A stretch of DNA of 64,000 nt from Squalus acanthias (taxonomy: Eukaryota), in assembly GCA_030390025.1 (NCBI GenBank), contig JASTWF010000495.1:248001-312000 (forward strand). Reading direction: 5' to 3'. A model generated the notes under the pieces. That model was not told the DNA's origin and searched no databases. It saw only the letters and a list, made by a program, of their open reading frames with translations. Shown one piece after another: positions 1-12,360 of the stretch; within the stretch, counting starts at the first letter, position 1; every line of letters begins with the position of its first letter. Made by a program: the position numbers and the translations under genes.

Positions 1-440
1 CCAATTTAGAGAGAGCTTTACTCTGTACCTAACTTGTGCAATACCTGACCTGGGAGTGTTTGATGGGACAGTGTAGAGGGAGCTTTAACCCATTATTGCC
101 CATGATTTCCCCTCCAATTATTGCTCCGAAGGTCCCTGAACCTGATATCCCTGATGATATCACTGATTATTTCTGCTGACACCACTTCCTATTACAGGGT
201 ATAGACTGGTTTCAGAACAGAGAGGAGGTTGTAATATCCCTGCCGTATCCCAAAACCATTGTCTGAAGCTCCCACTCACCGCCAAAGCAGGAGGGAGACA
301 CACTGCCTGATTGAAAGAGAACGGAGACTTTGAGGTGTATAAAGCAAGAGGTGGACATGGGGGTCATTGAATAGTGGGTCCTCACAGTTTGAGGATGGGA
401 GGGAGAATTTATAACGGGTAATTTTGGGAGTCTGTGCTTC

Positions 441-628
441 CTGCAGCACCAGCGGACCCACACCAGAGAGAAGCCATTCGAAGGCACAGTGTGTGGAAGC
501 CGTTTAGCCAGTCGGGTCACTTTACAGCACACCAGCGAACTCACCCCGGGGTGAAACGATTCAGACGCACAGTGTGTGCGAAGGGGTTTAATTCATCCTG
601 CTGTTTGTTGCGACATCAGCAAACCACC
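441..628 (+). pseudogene. C2H2 (Krueppel-type) zinc-finger gene remnant
   Basis: LQHQRTHTREKPF..VC / KPFSQSGHFTAHQRTHPGVKRFRRTVCAKGFN...HQQT with a frameshift and lost cysteines; degraded TGEKPF linkers. Confidence 0.85.
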
Positions 629-974
629 CTGTGGAGACCACTTGAGTTGTACTGTGTGTGAAATGAAATTTGACACATCTGGTTAGCTGCCACACCCGTG
701 AATTGACACCAGAGGGAAACTGTTGAATGGATTGGATTCACAACTGTCCCTGTTTCACTGAGATTCACAGAGTGAAACCAACTAAAAACACTTGTTTCAG
801 TAATTTGATGTTTAGAATGGTCTCCTCTGCTGCAGTAACTGTGCCAATGAAGTTGATTATATCACTGCTCACAATCTCACGGCACAATATCGCACTTTGT
901 CCCTTTCACTTTCTCTGAAGTACAGATTAAGTGTCGGCTAGAAACATTGTATTTCCACAAGGGAGAGTGTAATT

Positions 975-1640
975 ATAGGAACAGGAGTCGGCCACTTAGC
1001 CCCTCGAGCTGTTCCGCCATTCAGTGAGATCCTGGCTGATCTGTGACCTAACTCCATATACCCGCCTTTGCCCATATCCCTTAATACATTTAGTTAACAA
1101 AAATATGTCAATATCAGATTTAAATTTAACAATTGATCTCGAATTAATAGCCGTTTGCGGAAGAGAGTTCCAAACTTCTACCACCCTTTGTGTGTAGAAT
1201 TATTTCCTAACTTCGCTCCTGAAAGGCCTCCCCAAGCAGTGGAAATGGTTTCTCTCTATCTACCCTATCAGCAACGCTCCCTCAGTCCCGACAGCCTGGG
1301 ACCGGTTTCTTCAGTGATAAATTTTGCGTGTGCGAAACTGAGACTGGGCCGCGCACCCAAAAAATTAGGCGGAACATTGCCTCTCGCTTCCCCTTAATAT
1401 CTTGAAAACTTCGATCAAATCACCCCTGAACCTTCTAAATTCCAGAAATACAACCCGGGTTTGTGTAATCTCTCCTCGTAATTTAACCCTTGGAGACCAG
1501 GAATCATTCTGGTCAATCTACGCTGCACTCCCTCCAAGGCCAATATATCCTTCCTAAGGTGTGGTGCCCAGAACTGCTCCCAGAACCCCAGGTGTGGTCT
1601 AACCAGGGCTCTGTATAGCTGCAGCATAACTTCTACCCTA
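975..1640 (-). mobile_element. CR1 LINE 3' fragment containing a ~108-bp MITE-like insertion (1272-1379)
   Basis: LYRALVRPHL..QFWAPHLRKDILALE..QRR; insertion ends CAACGCTCC...GGAACATTG form imperfect inverted repeats. Confidence 0.85.
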
Positions 1641-3064
1641 ATAATAGATTCAAAGAAATTCTAGCACATCGAGAGGCCACCCCGCCCATTGTACCCTTCT
1701 AGCTCAGTAACTGGGACCCTTTCACTCCAATCCCGGATTCCTCTTTTCCAAATGTCGATATTACAAGTTTGGGTCTGCTGTTAGATATTCTCTCGAGTAC
1801 AGCGGTGCTCATCTCTCCTGTAAGCGGTCAGCGCCTGACGTTTAGGACTGTGTCCTCGCTGCCCGATGTCTAATTATACAATAGTGTAGCCCCCAAGTGT
1901 AACATTAACACCCCCTTGTGGTCTGAACCAGATATCCGAGTCTTTTCTAGATGCCTCTCCAATCTTCCCACGGAGGTGCCGCAAAAACACTTGGGAAAAT
2001 GCAAATCGATAAACTGCATTGGTTCACAGTGAGTGAACATACAGAGCAACAGTTCCAATGGGACTCCCTTCAGTCAGTACAATGTGCCCACGTATTAACA
2101 TCGAATAACCAACATGCTATGCTGCCCTACAGCAGTGGGTGTCTTGCTTGAGTTAAACCAAATTACTTAATTCCTAACCCTCAGAGTCTCAGTAAGAGCC
2201 CTCATAGTTCATAGAATCATAGAATGTTACAGCAGAGAAGGAGGCCATTCGGCCCATCGTGCCTGTGCCGGCTCTGTGCAAGAGCTATTCATAGTCCCAC
2301 TCCCTGGCTCTGTCTCCATAGCCCAGCAAATCTTTCCCTTCAAGTATTGATCCAATTCCCTTTTGAAAGTTACTGTTGAATCTGTTTCCACCGCCCTTTC
2401 AGGCAGCACATTCCAGATCACAACAACTCGCTGCCTATTTTTTTCCCCGTGTCGCCTCTAGTTTTCTCTTTTTAAAAACCTGACTGCCAACCTGTGGGTC
2501 TTTGTACTCTTGTCTCCTGTCCATCAGGAAGTTGATGCTTGGTTCGTGATTCTTCCTCATGTCCAGGGGTTAGTTCGAGAGCAGGAAGCTCACAGCAGGT
2601 CAGTCAGCATCGATGGAGAGATCAGAAAAGTTAATGTTTTGGGGCTCCTGAAATGGCAGCTTTTCCGTTCTCTCCACCCCACTGATGCTGAGTGACAGGT
2701 TGTGTTTCCAGCATTTTCTGTTTCTTGTTTGAAGCTGCTGAATCAAGGCTGCTGCTGTGCCTCTCTCCATCCCTCCCCATTTTGAAACCAGCTTCATGTA
2801 AAGCTCCACAGGAAGGGCCATTCCAACACGGCATGGTGGGAATGTTTCTTTGGAGTCCCCAAGTTGAGATCGTGACTCTCCTCTTGTTCCCAATCATCAT
2901 GGGCAACAGATTTAATGTCTGACTCTTTAATGCACATTCTGTAAATGCCTATAGCCTTTCTTTTAAAATCTGTGTGGATTCACTTTCTTTTAGAATCCAG
3001 CACTTAAAACACAACTCTTTTCCAATTCTATCTGTGGAAAAATCGTCAAAAAGTGTTAAAATGG

Positions 3065-4030
3065 GACTTCGGAACAGGCCATTCGGCCCCTTGTGCCTGT
3101 TCCACCATTCTGTGAGATCATGGTTGATCTGGACCTCAACTCCATTTACCCGCCTTTTCACCATCTCCCCTGATATCCTTACCCAGAAACATCTGTCAAT
3201 CTCAGTCTTGAAAATTTCAATTGACCCCGAGCATCCACAGCCTTTTGGGGAGAGAGTTCCAGATTTCCACGACCCTTTGTGTGAAAAAGTTCTTCCTGAT
3301 TTCACTCCTGAATGGCCAAGCTGTAATTTTAAGATTTTGCTCCTTGTTTTGGTTTCTCTGTATCTACCCGAGCGAATCCTATTATCATTTTTAACACTTT
3401 GGTTGGATCCCCCCTCAAGCTTCTAAACTCAAGCGAATACAAACCGAGTTTCTGTAACCTGTCCCCATAATTGAACCCTTTAAATTCTGGTGAATCTGCG
3501 CTGCCCCCCCTCCAAAGCCCAGATATCCTTCCTGAGGTGCGGTGCCCAGAATCCATCCTATTCCCCGATCAGTGCTTTTATAATCTCTGCCCCAACAATC
3601 ACCCCTTGCAGAGCATTCCGTATCTTTGGAGAGGCTGGAGAAGCTGGGATTGTTATCATTAGAGCAGAGAAGGTTAAGGGGAGATTTGATAGAAGTGTTC
3701 AAAATGCTGAGGGGTTTTGAGAGTAAATAAGGAGAAACTGTTTCCACTGACAGGAGGGTCAGTAACCAGAGCTCACAGATTTCAGATAATTGGCAAAAGA
3801 ACCAGGGCGGAGATGAGAAGACAGTTTTTTAGGCAGAGAATTGTTGTGATCTGGAACGCACTGCCTGAAAGGTTGGTGGAAGCAGATTCAATAGTAACTT
3901 TCAAAAGGGATTCGGATAAATACTTGAAAAGGATAAACTTTCAGGGGAGTGGGACTAATTGGAGAGCTCTTTCAAAGAGCCAACACTGACACGATGGGCC
4001 GAATGGCCTCCTTCAGTGCGCCATGATCTC
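3065..4030. mobile_element. Two CR1 3' fragments in opposite orientations
   Basis: CR1 ORF2 C-terminal motifs (LGLYSLEFR; FFRQRIVVIWNALP) on opposite strands. Another CR1 tail lies at 2215-2460 (minus). Confidence 0.8.
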
Positions 4031-6710
4031 AATGAAAAGTTTTCTCCAACTTTCCCCTCCTTGTTCCCCTGCCAAACCTGAGCCGATGCACTTCTATTAC
4101 AGCCTCACCGACCAATGTAACAATCCCTTGCCACCAACCCCCACAGAACTGTATAAATCGCTGAAGATCCCCAGTAAGAAAAGCCCCAATTCTTTCAGCC
4201 ATTCTTTATAAAGTGTTCAGCTTGGATTCACAATCTTCATCTAGCCCTGTCTGTCCTGATCTCTCTCTCTCTTGAGCTGATTTTTCGGTTGTATTCCAGT
4301 ATAACCGGAACAACTTGTCCAAAATCATAAAGGATAGCTGATGGAGTTTTATATTTTATATCCATATTCTTTCCATCCAGATTATGCCATTGGCAATACC
4401 GGTCTCGGATGGTTATATTATTTAATAGATCGACAGGGATGCATCCCTGTATTGTTTGTTCTAATGATCTGCTCAAGATGTTTACTATCTGTTGTTGATT
4501 CACTAGGTGTACACGGTCTCGAGGCAGTCAATTGCTCACATCTACTTGTTTCTCAGTTATAACTATCAGGAAAGGATGAGCAGGCTGGGCCTTTTTTTTC
4601 TTCAAAAGATAAGGCTGAGGGATGACCGAATAGAGGTGTTTAAAATTCTGAAATTTTTGATAGATTAGACAGAGAGAATGTTTTCACTTGTGGGGAAGAG
4701 CAAAACTAGAGGCCATCAATATAAGATAGTTACCAAGAAATCAAATAGGGAATTCAGAAGAAACTGCTTCACCCAGAGAGTGGTGAGAATGTGGAACTTG
4801 CTACTGCGAGGAGTAGTTGAGGGGAATAGTATAGACGCATTTAAGGGGAAGCTAGATAATGATATGAGGGAGAAGGGAATAGAGGGTTCTGCTGATAGAG
4901 TTAGATGAGGAAGGATGGGAGGAGGCTCGAGTGGAGCATCAATGCCGGCATGGCCTGGTTGGGCCGAATGGCCTGTTTCTGTGCTGTATATTCTATGTAA
5001 TTCTATTCTGGCCAGAGTTTTTAAGTCCACAATAGTCTCGATTTCTTCCAGAGCCAGTCCTATGATGTCCTGTGCCACCTCCCGACTGTCCGTATAGCCT
5101 CTCTGGGGATATTTTTAAATTTGTCTTCCTGAATTTCCAAATCCTTAACGGATGGGATATTCCAACCAGTTGCTGTACCGAATCCTCCCATTCCCAACTT
5201 GTCTCATAGGGACCTTTTCCTTCCCTTCTCACTCTCTTCCTCCTCTGGATCATTCTGTGGTTCCTTACAGTCCAGGGCATGTTTTTTATATCCGTGCAGT
5301 AGATTGGCAAATTCACAGTCCGGGATCAAGGTTTGTTCTTGGATCCTGAATTCAAAGAATCCTTGCTTGAATTCTTGAAATTGATTGTTGTTTACTTCTT
5401 CTTCCCCAGTTCTCCTGTCACAGTACCTCGAAGTCTGAGCTTCCCTTCATACTGCAGTATCTTGTCCTATGATCAAACTTTGGCAGACCGGTCCAATTGG
5501 TCTGGACTATCGGTGCCCATTTTTGTAAATCAATGACCAGTGGTTTTACCACATATTATACATTCTGAATTATAATACATAATACTCCTGGGTCAGGACT
5601 CCCCAATCAGTGGGCCAAATTTTATTTCTGGTCAGTTGCTTACCACTTTCGCATTGTCTCTTTGATAAGGTTTTGTTTGGTCCACATGGTCCCACTTACC
5701 CTCCATTTGTCATTTGGTGTCCTTAGTTCTAACCGTTTGGACCCAGTGTCTCCATTACTGTGAACGGTGCTCTCCACTTGGGATACAGTGAGTGGGAAGG
5801 ATTACCGAACCATTTTAACAGAACCTTATCACCAGCTAGGTACAAATAGTCCATATGTGTAAGTTCCTGGTTTCCTTTTATTGTATCAGCAGCCCTTCCC
5901 AATTGGTGAGCCATCCACCCATTCATTTCCCTGATGCCCGCCTTCAGATGAATGACAGACTCGGTTTGATCAACTACTCCCTTCAGAGAGTCCGACAACC
6001 CCTCGTACATGAGGTGCTCTGGGCGTCTCGTACTTCGCCCTGTCATTAGGGTCTCAATCCCAGAGCGCAGCAAGGAGTGGATCTGCTGGCCAGCGAGGCT
6101 AATGGCAACTTCACATCCCAATCCCTGCCATTTATTGCTCCAAATTTTCTGGAAATTATTTATAAAGTGCAGTTTGCTCTTTCCACTGTCCCTGGTGACT
6201 GTGTGAATTGTGGAACTGGTTTTATGTCCAACAAATTCATGCATTGAGCCATGACCTCTTTTGGCGAACCTCACTGAGTGGTTTATTGTCCTACCAGAGC
6301 TTTAGCAATGGGGATAGCTTGCACCCATTTCGAAAACTAATCCGCTCCAAGTAAAATATATTTGTTTGCTATTGCGGTTGAAGTTTAAGGCTCTATCCAA
6401 TCGATTTGTAATGAGCACCATGGTCCCTGTTTTAGTCGGGTCACAGGGTGGGTGGGGTTCCTTTATTTTGTAGTGATCATATTTACATGGGCGCGTGTGA
6501 GACATTGGTTCCAGCGTATTGTTCCATTCATTGCCATTTCTGGCCAACAGCCCAAGTCTCTCACCCACTGTAAGGTTTTCACTGCTGTTCAGCTGTTGAG
6601 GCATTGTGAGCTGTGTCCAGTAATATGGCCCAACTCTCTCAACCCTCCTTCGCTATTGGTAAATGGATTGTATGGAACGCAGTTTCTTGTTCTAAGGTCA
6701 ACTTATTGAA
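4030..6710 (-). mobile_element. Fragmented Gypsy-like LTR retroelement (integrase C-terminus plus env-like region), interrupted by CR1 at ~4560-5000
   Basis: GRDWDVKLPLASLASRST...LMTGR and GDKVLLK...LYPKWRAPFTVME (GPF/Y-like) at 5730-6135; basic IQRRKRVRR at 5221-5250. No LTRs identified. Duplicate at ~53660-56325. Confidence 0.6.
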
Positions 6711-6711
6711 A

Positions 6712-8740
6712 TCATAAAATGATACAACATAGAAGGAGGCCATTGGGCCCATCGTGCCTGTGCCGGCTCTTTGGTCGAGCTATCCAGTTAATCCCACTGC
6801 CCTGCTCTTTCCCTATAGCCCTGCACATTTTCCCCTTCAAGTATTTATCCAATTCTCTTTTGAAAATTACTATTGAATCTGCTTCCACCGCCCTTTCAGG
6901 CAGTGCAGTCCAGATCACAACAACTCGCTGCTTAAAAAAACTGTCTTCTCATCTCCCCCCTGGTTCTTTTGCCAATTATCTGAAATCTGTTTGCTCTGGT
7001 TACTGACCCTCCTGTCAGTGGAAGCAGTTTCTCCTTATTTACTCTCACACCTCGATCAAATCTCCACTTAACCTTTTCTGCTCTAAGGAGAACAACCCCA
7101 GCTTCTCCAGTCTATCCCCGTAACTGAAGTCCCTCATCCCTGGTACCATTCCAGTAAATCTCTTCTGCCCCCTCTCCTAGGCCTTGACATCCTTCCTATA
7201 GTGTGGTGTATTGAACACAATACTCCAGCTGGGGCCTAACCTGTCTTTATAAAGGTTGAGCATAACTTCTTGCTTTTACATTCTATTCCTCTATTAATAA
7301 AGCCAAGGATCCCATCTGCTTTTTAACAGCCTTCTCAACTTGTCCTGCTCCCTTCAAAGATTTGTGTCCATGCACCTCATGTCTCTCTGTTCCTGCACCC
7401 CCTTTAATTTTGTACCATTTAGTTCATATTGCCTCTTCCTACCAAAATGTATCAACTCACACTTCTCTCTGTTAAATTTCATCTGCCATGTGTCTGTCCA
7501 TTTCACCAGTCTGTGTGTGCTCCTGAAGTCTGTTACTATCCTCCTCATTGTTCACTACATTTGAGTTTCGTGTCATCTGCAAACTTTGAAATTATCCCCT
7601 GTTTTGCCAAGTGTGAGGTGATACATTTTGGTAGGAAGAATGAGGAGAGACCATACACACTAAACAGTACAATTTTAAATGGAGTGCAAGAACAGAGAGA
7701 CCTGGGGGTACTTGCGCATAAATCTTTGAAGGTGGCAGGACAGGTTAACACAGCAGTTAATAAACCACATGGGATCCTGGGCTTCATAAATAGAGGCAGA
7801 GAGTACAAAAGCCAGGAAGTTCTGCCAAACCTGTATAAAACGCTAGTTCGGCCCCAGCTTGTGTCCAATTCTGAGCACCACACTTTTGGAAGGACATGAC
7901 GGCTTTGGAGACGGTGGAGAGATTTACTATAATGGTTCCAGGGATGAGGGATTACAGTTCCGGGGACAGACTAGAGAAGCTGGGTTGTTCTCCTTGGAGC
8001 AGAGAAGGCTAAGAGGAGATTTGACAGGTGTTTAAAAGCATAAAGGATTTAGATGGAGTAAATAAAGAGAAACAGTGCTGAGAGGTTGTTTCCCCTGGCT
8101 GGCGAGTCTAGAACTAGGGGGAATAGTCTCAGGATAAGGGGTCGGCCATTTAAGACTGAGATGAGGAGGAATTTCTTCACTCAGAGGGTTGTGAATCTTT
8201 GCAATTCTCTACTCCAATGGGCTGTGGATGCTGAGTCATTGAGTGTATTTAAGGCTGAGATAGATTTTTTGGACTCTAGGGGAATGAAGGGATCTGGGGA
8301 TCTGGCGGGGAAGTGGAGTTGAGATCGAAGATCAGCCATGATCTCATTGAATGGCGGAGCAGGCTCGAGGGGCCGTATGACCGACACCTGCTCCTAATTC
8401 TTATGTTCTTAGTTTCCAATGGCTGAAGGCTCGATCACGAGAGGGCACAGATTTAAGGTGATTGGCAAAAGAACCAGAGGCGACATGAGCAAAAACATTT
8501 TTACGTAACGTGTGGTTAGGATTTGGATTGCTCTGCCTGATAGGGTGGTGGATACAGATTCATTGTAGCCTTCAAAAGGGAACTGGATACATACTTGAGG
8601 GGAGAGAATTGCAGGGATATGGGGTACGAGCGGGGCAGTGGGACTAACTCGATTGCTCTTTGAAAGAGCCAGTGCAGACTCGATGGACCGAATGGCCTCC
8701 TTCTGTGATGTACTACTGAGATTCGATTCTATGAAACAAC
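6712..8740. mobile_element. Cluster of nested and inverted CR1 fragments
   Basis: [20 protein letters not shown] and FFTQRVVNLWNSL motifs; minus strand 6712-7600, plus strand 7605-8740. Confidence 0.88.
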
Positions 8741-9482
8741 CCCTCTGACAGTGCAGCGCTCCCTCCGTACTGCCCCTCTGACAGTGCAGCACTCCCTCAG
8801 TACTGCCCCTCTGACAGTGCAGCACTCCCTCAGTACTGCCCCTCTGACAGTGCAGCACCCCCTCAGTACAGCCCCTCTGACAGTGCAGCACCCCCTCAGT
8901 GTTGCCCCTCTGACAGTGCAGCACTCCCTCAGTACTGCCCCTCTGACAGTGCAGCACCCCCTCAGTACTGCCCCTCTGACAGTGCAGCACCCCCTCAGTA
9001 CTGCCCCTCTGACAGTGCAGCACCCCCTCAGTGTTGCCCCTCTGACAGTGCAGCACTCCCTCAGTACTGCCCCTCTGACAGTGCAGCACCCCCTCAGTAC
9101 TGCCCCTCTGACAGTGCAGCACTCCCTCAGTACTGCCCCTCTGACAGTGCAGCACTCCCTCAGTGTTGCCCCTCTGACAGTGCAGCACTCCCTCAGTACT
9201 GCCCCTCTGACAGTGCAGCACCCCCTCAGTACTGCCCCTCTGACAGTGCAGCACTCCCTCAGTACTGCCCCTCTGACAGTGCAGCACTCCCTCAGTGTTG
9301 CCCCTCTGACAGTGCAGCACTCCCTCAGTGTTGCCCCTCTGACAGTGCAGCACTCCCTCAGTACTGCCCCTCCGACAGTGCAGCGCTCCCTCAGTACTGC
9401 CCCTCCGACAGTGCAGCGCTCCCTCAGTACTGCCCCTCCGACAGTGCAGATCTCCCTCCGTACTGCCCCTCCGATAGTGCCA
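8740..9482 (+). repeat. 33-bp minisatellite (CCCCTCTGACAGTGCAGCACTCCCTCAGTACTG)n, ~22 units
   Basis: Tandem repeat with an 11-aa period in the ORF track; only ~5-6 units at the paralogous site 58360-58540. Confidence 0.97.
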
Positions 9483-11283
9483 ATAAAATGTCCACGAATG
9501 GCCTACTCCTGCTCCTATCTTCTATGTTTCTATGTTTAAGACGCTCCTTAAAACCCACCTCTTCGACCAAGCTTTTAGTCTCTGTCCTAAAATCTCCTGA
9601 TGTGGTTCGGTATACGCTCCTGTGAAGAACCTTGAGGCGTTTTACTACGTTAAAGGAGCTAAATAAATCCAAGTTGTTGCTGAGCTGCCTGGATTTGCCC
9701 AGTGCTGGGAGACAGACCTGGAATCGCTTCTCTATTTACTGTACAGCTGACTCTGTGCAACCCTCAGATTTGATGTACTTGTGCTGCACAATGTTTAACC
9801 AGGCTCCACAATTCAGGGTTTGCAGCACTGTCCCCAGATTTAGAAAGCATTCATCGAAAGATCAAATAAAGGAGTAATTGTGCTGGGGATTGAAAAACGT
9901 CTCGTACAAAGCTGCTGTAAAAGGGAGGTGAGAATGTGGGACTGTGTCATGGAGTTCGTGTATCTGGGAAGTAGAAGGCGGCCTGATGCGGGTTACAGTT
10001 GTTAGGTGTGGGGTTATAGAAAGGTCCTAAGTGCGATATATATGGCGCCGACTGAGTTTCGCAGAATGTGCAAAGACTCGAATCCATTGCACAAGGGAGC
10101 TGCTGCCCCTGGATCCGCAGTGACCCCATCGTGAACTGTCTCCAGGACCCCATTTGCTCTTTGCTCTCTGACCCTGAGGAGCAAACAAAAGCTCGAGGCG
10201 TGTGTCAGGACAGCAGTAATATCAGCAACCCGAGTTTTAAACATGGCCGGAAATTCTCTGCAGTATTAAATTGCATTGCTTAATTTTAGATCCTAGAATT
10301 GTCTTTCTGTATGAACCTAATTCTAACCCAGGAGACGATTTCCTCTGTGCATTGTGCTCAAGGAGATCCCAAACCCGCTCATAAGTGCGGATTTACCATC
10401 TCACTAGTGTGAATTTTCCTCTCAGTTGCCAAATATCTATTTCAACATAAATAAAAGTGAGCTGGTATATTTTAGTTTGAGGAATAAGGAGGCCACATAC
10501 TGCTTGCAAAATAAGAGTCTAAATGGGGTAGAGCAGCAAAAAGATCTAAAGTAAACACTCACAGATCAGTAAAAGTAGCAGCGCAAGTTAACAAAGCCAC
10601 ACAAAGTGCAAACAAAGCACTGGGATTCATTTCTAGAGGAATAGAATTCTAAAGCAGAGAGGTTATGTTAGACTTGTATTGAACCTTGGTTAGATCACAT
10701 TTAGAGTTCGGTGCACAGTTATGGTTCATATTATAAAAAGGAAGTAGAGGCATTGGAGAAAGGACAAAACAGATTCAAAAGGATGATCCCAGACCGGAGA
10801 GGTTATAACTCTCAGGAATGTCTGAGCAGACTGGGGCTCCTTTCTCTAGAAAGACTGAGAGGAGCCCTTTTAGAGGTCTTTAAAATTCTGAAGGGATTCG
10901 ATAGAGCAGACATGGAGAAGATGCTTCCAGCAGCAGATCTGGTGGGACAAGACCCCCAGTGTCGGAGACAGGATAAAACAGGAAGCTTCAACAATAATTG
11001 TAAAGGTGAGGAACTCTACTGAGAATCCCATCAGTCCAGGGTTTTGCTGAGGTGAGAGTCTAACCAGCTACTGGGAGCTGTTCAACATCTGCCATCAGGC
11101 TCCGTCTTTGATGCAGCCAGTTGATCAGAGCTTAACTTGTATGTAAACTTTGGCTGTGCTTGGTGAACCAATTTAGAGAGAGCTTTTAGACTGTATCCAC
11201 CCCATGCTGTACCTGACGTGGGAGTGTTTGATGGGACAGTGTAGAGGGAGCTATCTCATGATTGCCCATGATGTCCTCTCCAA

Positions 11284-12360
11284 TTATTTCTCTGATGGTC
11301 CCAACACTTGATAACCCCGATGATCGCTCCTCTTATGGCTTTTGACGCCTGTACCTGTTACAGGGAATAGACTGGTTTCAGAAAACAGAGGTTGCTTAAC
11401 CCCTGCCTTATCCCAACACCATTCCCTCAAATTGATTCTCACTGTCGAAGCTGTTGGGAGGCACGGTGCCTGATATAAAGAGAGGGGAGACTTGGAAGTG
11501 TATAAAGCAAGAGTTGGACATGGGGGCCATTGAATAGTGGGTCCTCATATTTGGAGAATGGGAGGGAGAATTCGTAAGGGGTAATTTTGGGAGTCTGTGC
11601 TCCCTGCCTGGAGTCTCCGTACATGGGAGCGGGTTCGGAGACAGGACTGATTGTACAACCTGCGTTCATGCCCAGTGAGACTGTACATCAGGAGCAGGGT
11701 GTGGTCATGTGACCTGGTAATACATGGATTGGGAGGGGCTTGGGCTGCTTTGTGACATCGTTCCTGGCTGCTGTTGTGATTGGCTTGTGGCTCCTTTGTG
11801 ATGTCACCTGGAGACAAGTTTACGCCCCTGGTTACACATCAGCGGGATGTCACTGTGGGAGGAGCTGGAGTCGGCAGCAGTCTGGCGAGTGAGTTTAGTC
11901 CCTGTAAATAGGGGCAAGGAAAGAAAAGAACAATTTAATAGTAAAGTCAGTAATTCAACTAAATGTCATTAATTGTAAATATATTGAACTGATCATAGTC
12001 ACAAAAACAATCCCACTGTATCCCAGTTACAGATTGTAAAATTAATCTTTTTTATATTACCAGTTTCTTGGAGTGAGCAATATCTCTGGAAGGTGGAGAG
12101 AGAGAAGTCGAATCATCACCACACTAACTGGGACTGGAGAAATGTCACTGGGTTCACAGAGCAGATCTGGTGGGACAAGACCTCCAGTGTCGATGACAGG
12201 ATAAAACGGGAAGCTTCAACAATGATTGGAAAGGTAAGGAACTCGACTGAGAATCCCATTAGTTCAGGATTCAGAGCTGAGAGTCTAACCAGATACTGGG
12301 AGCTGTGCAACATCTGTCATAAGGCTTGGACTTTGATGCGGCATTTGACCAGAGCTTACC
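11284..12360 (-). pseudogene. Two-exon remnant of an unidentified multi-copy gene
   Basis: Donor CTG|GTAATA at 12060 and a strong acceptor TTCTTTTCTTTCCTTGCCCCTATTTACAG at 11902 define a ~160-bp intron; the mostly open frame ends ...NYPLRILPPILQI*. Homologous pieces at 90-440, 10925-11140, 18525-19180, 19440-19800 and 61715-63150. Confidence 0.45.

Noticed and set aside
8409-9539. 314- and 262-aa repeat ORFs
   Set aside because: Translation of the 33-bp minisatellite plus a CR1 flank.
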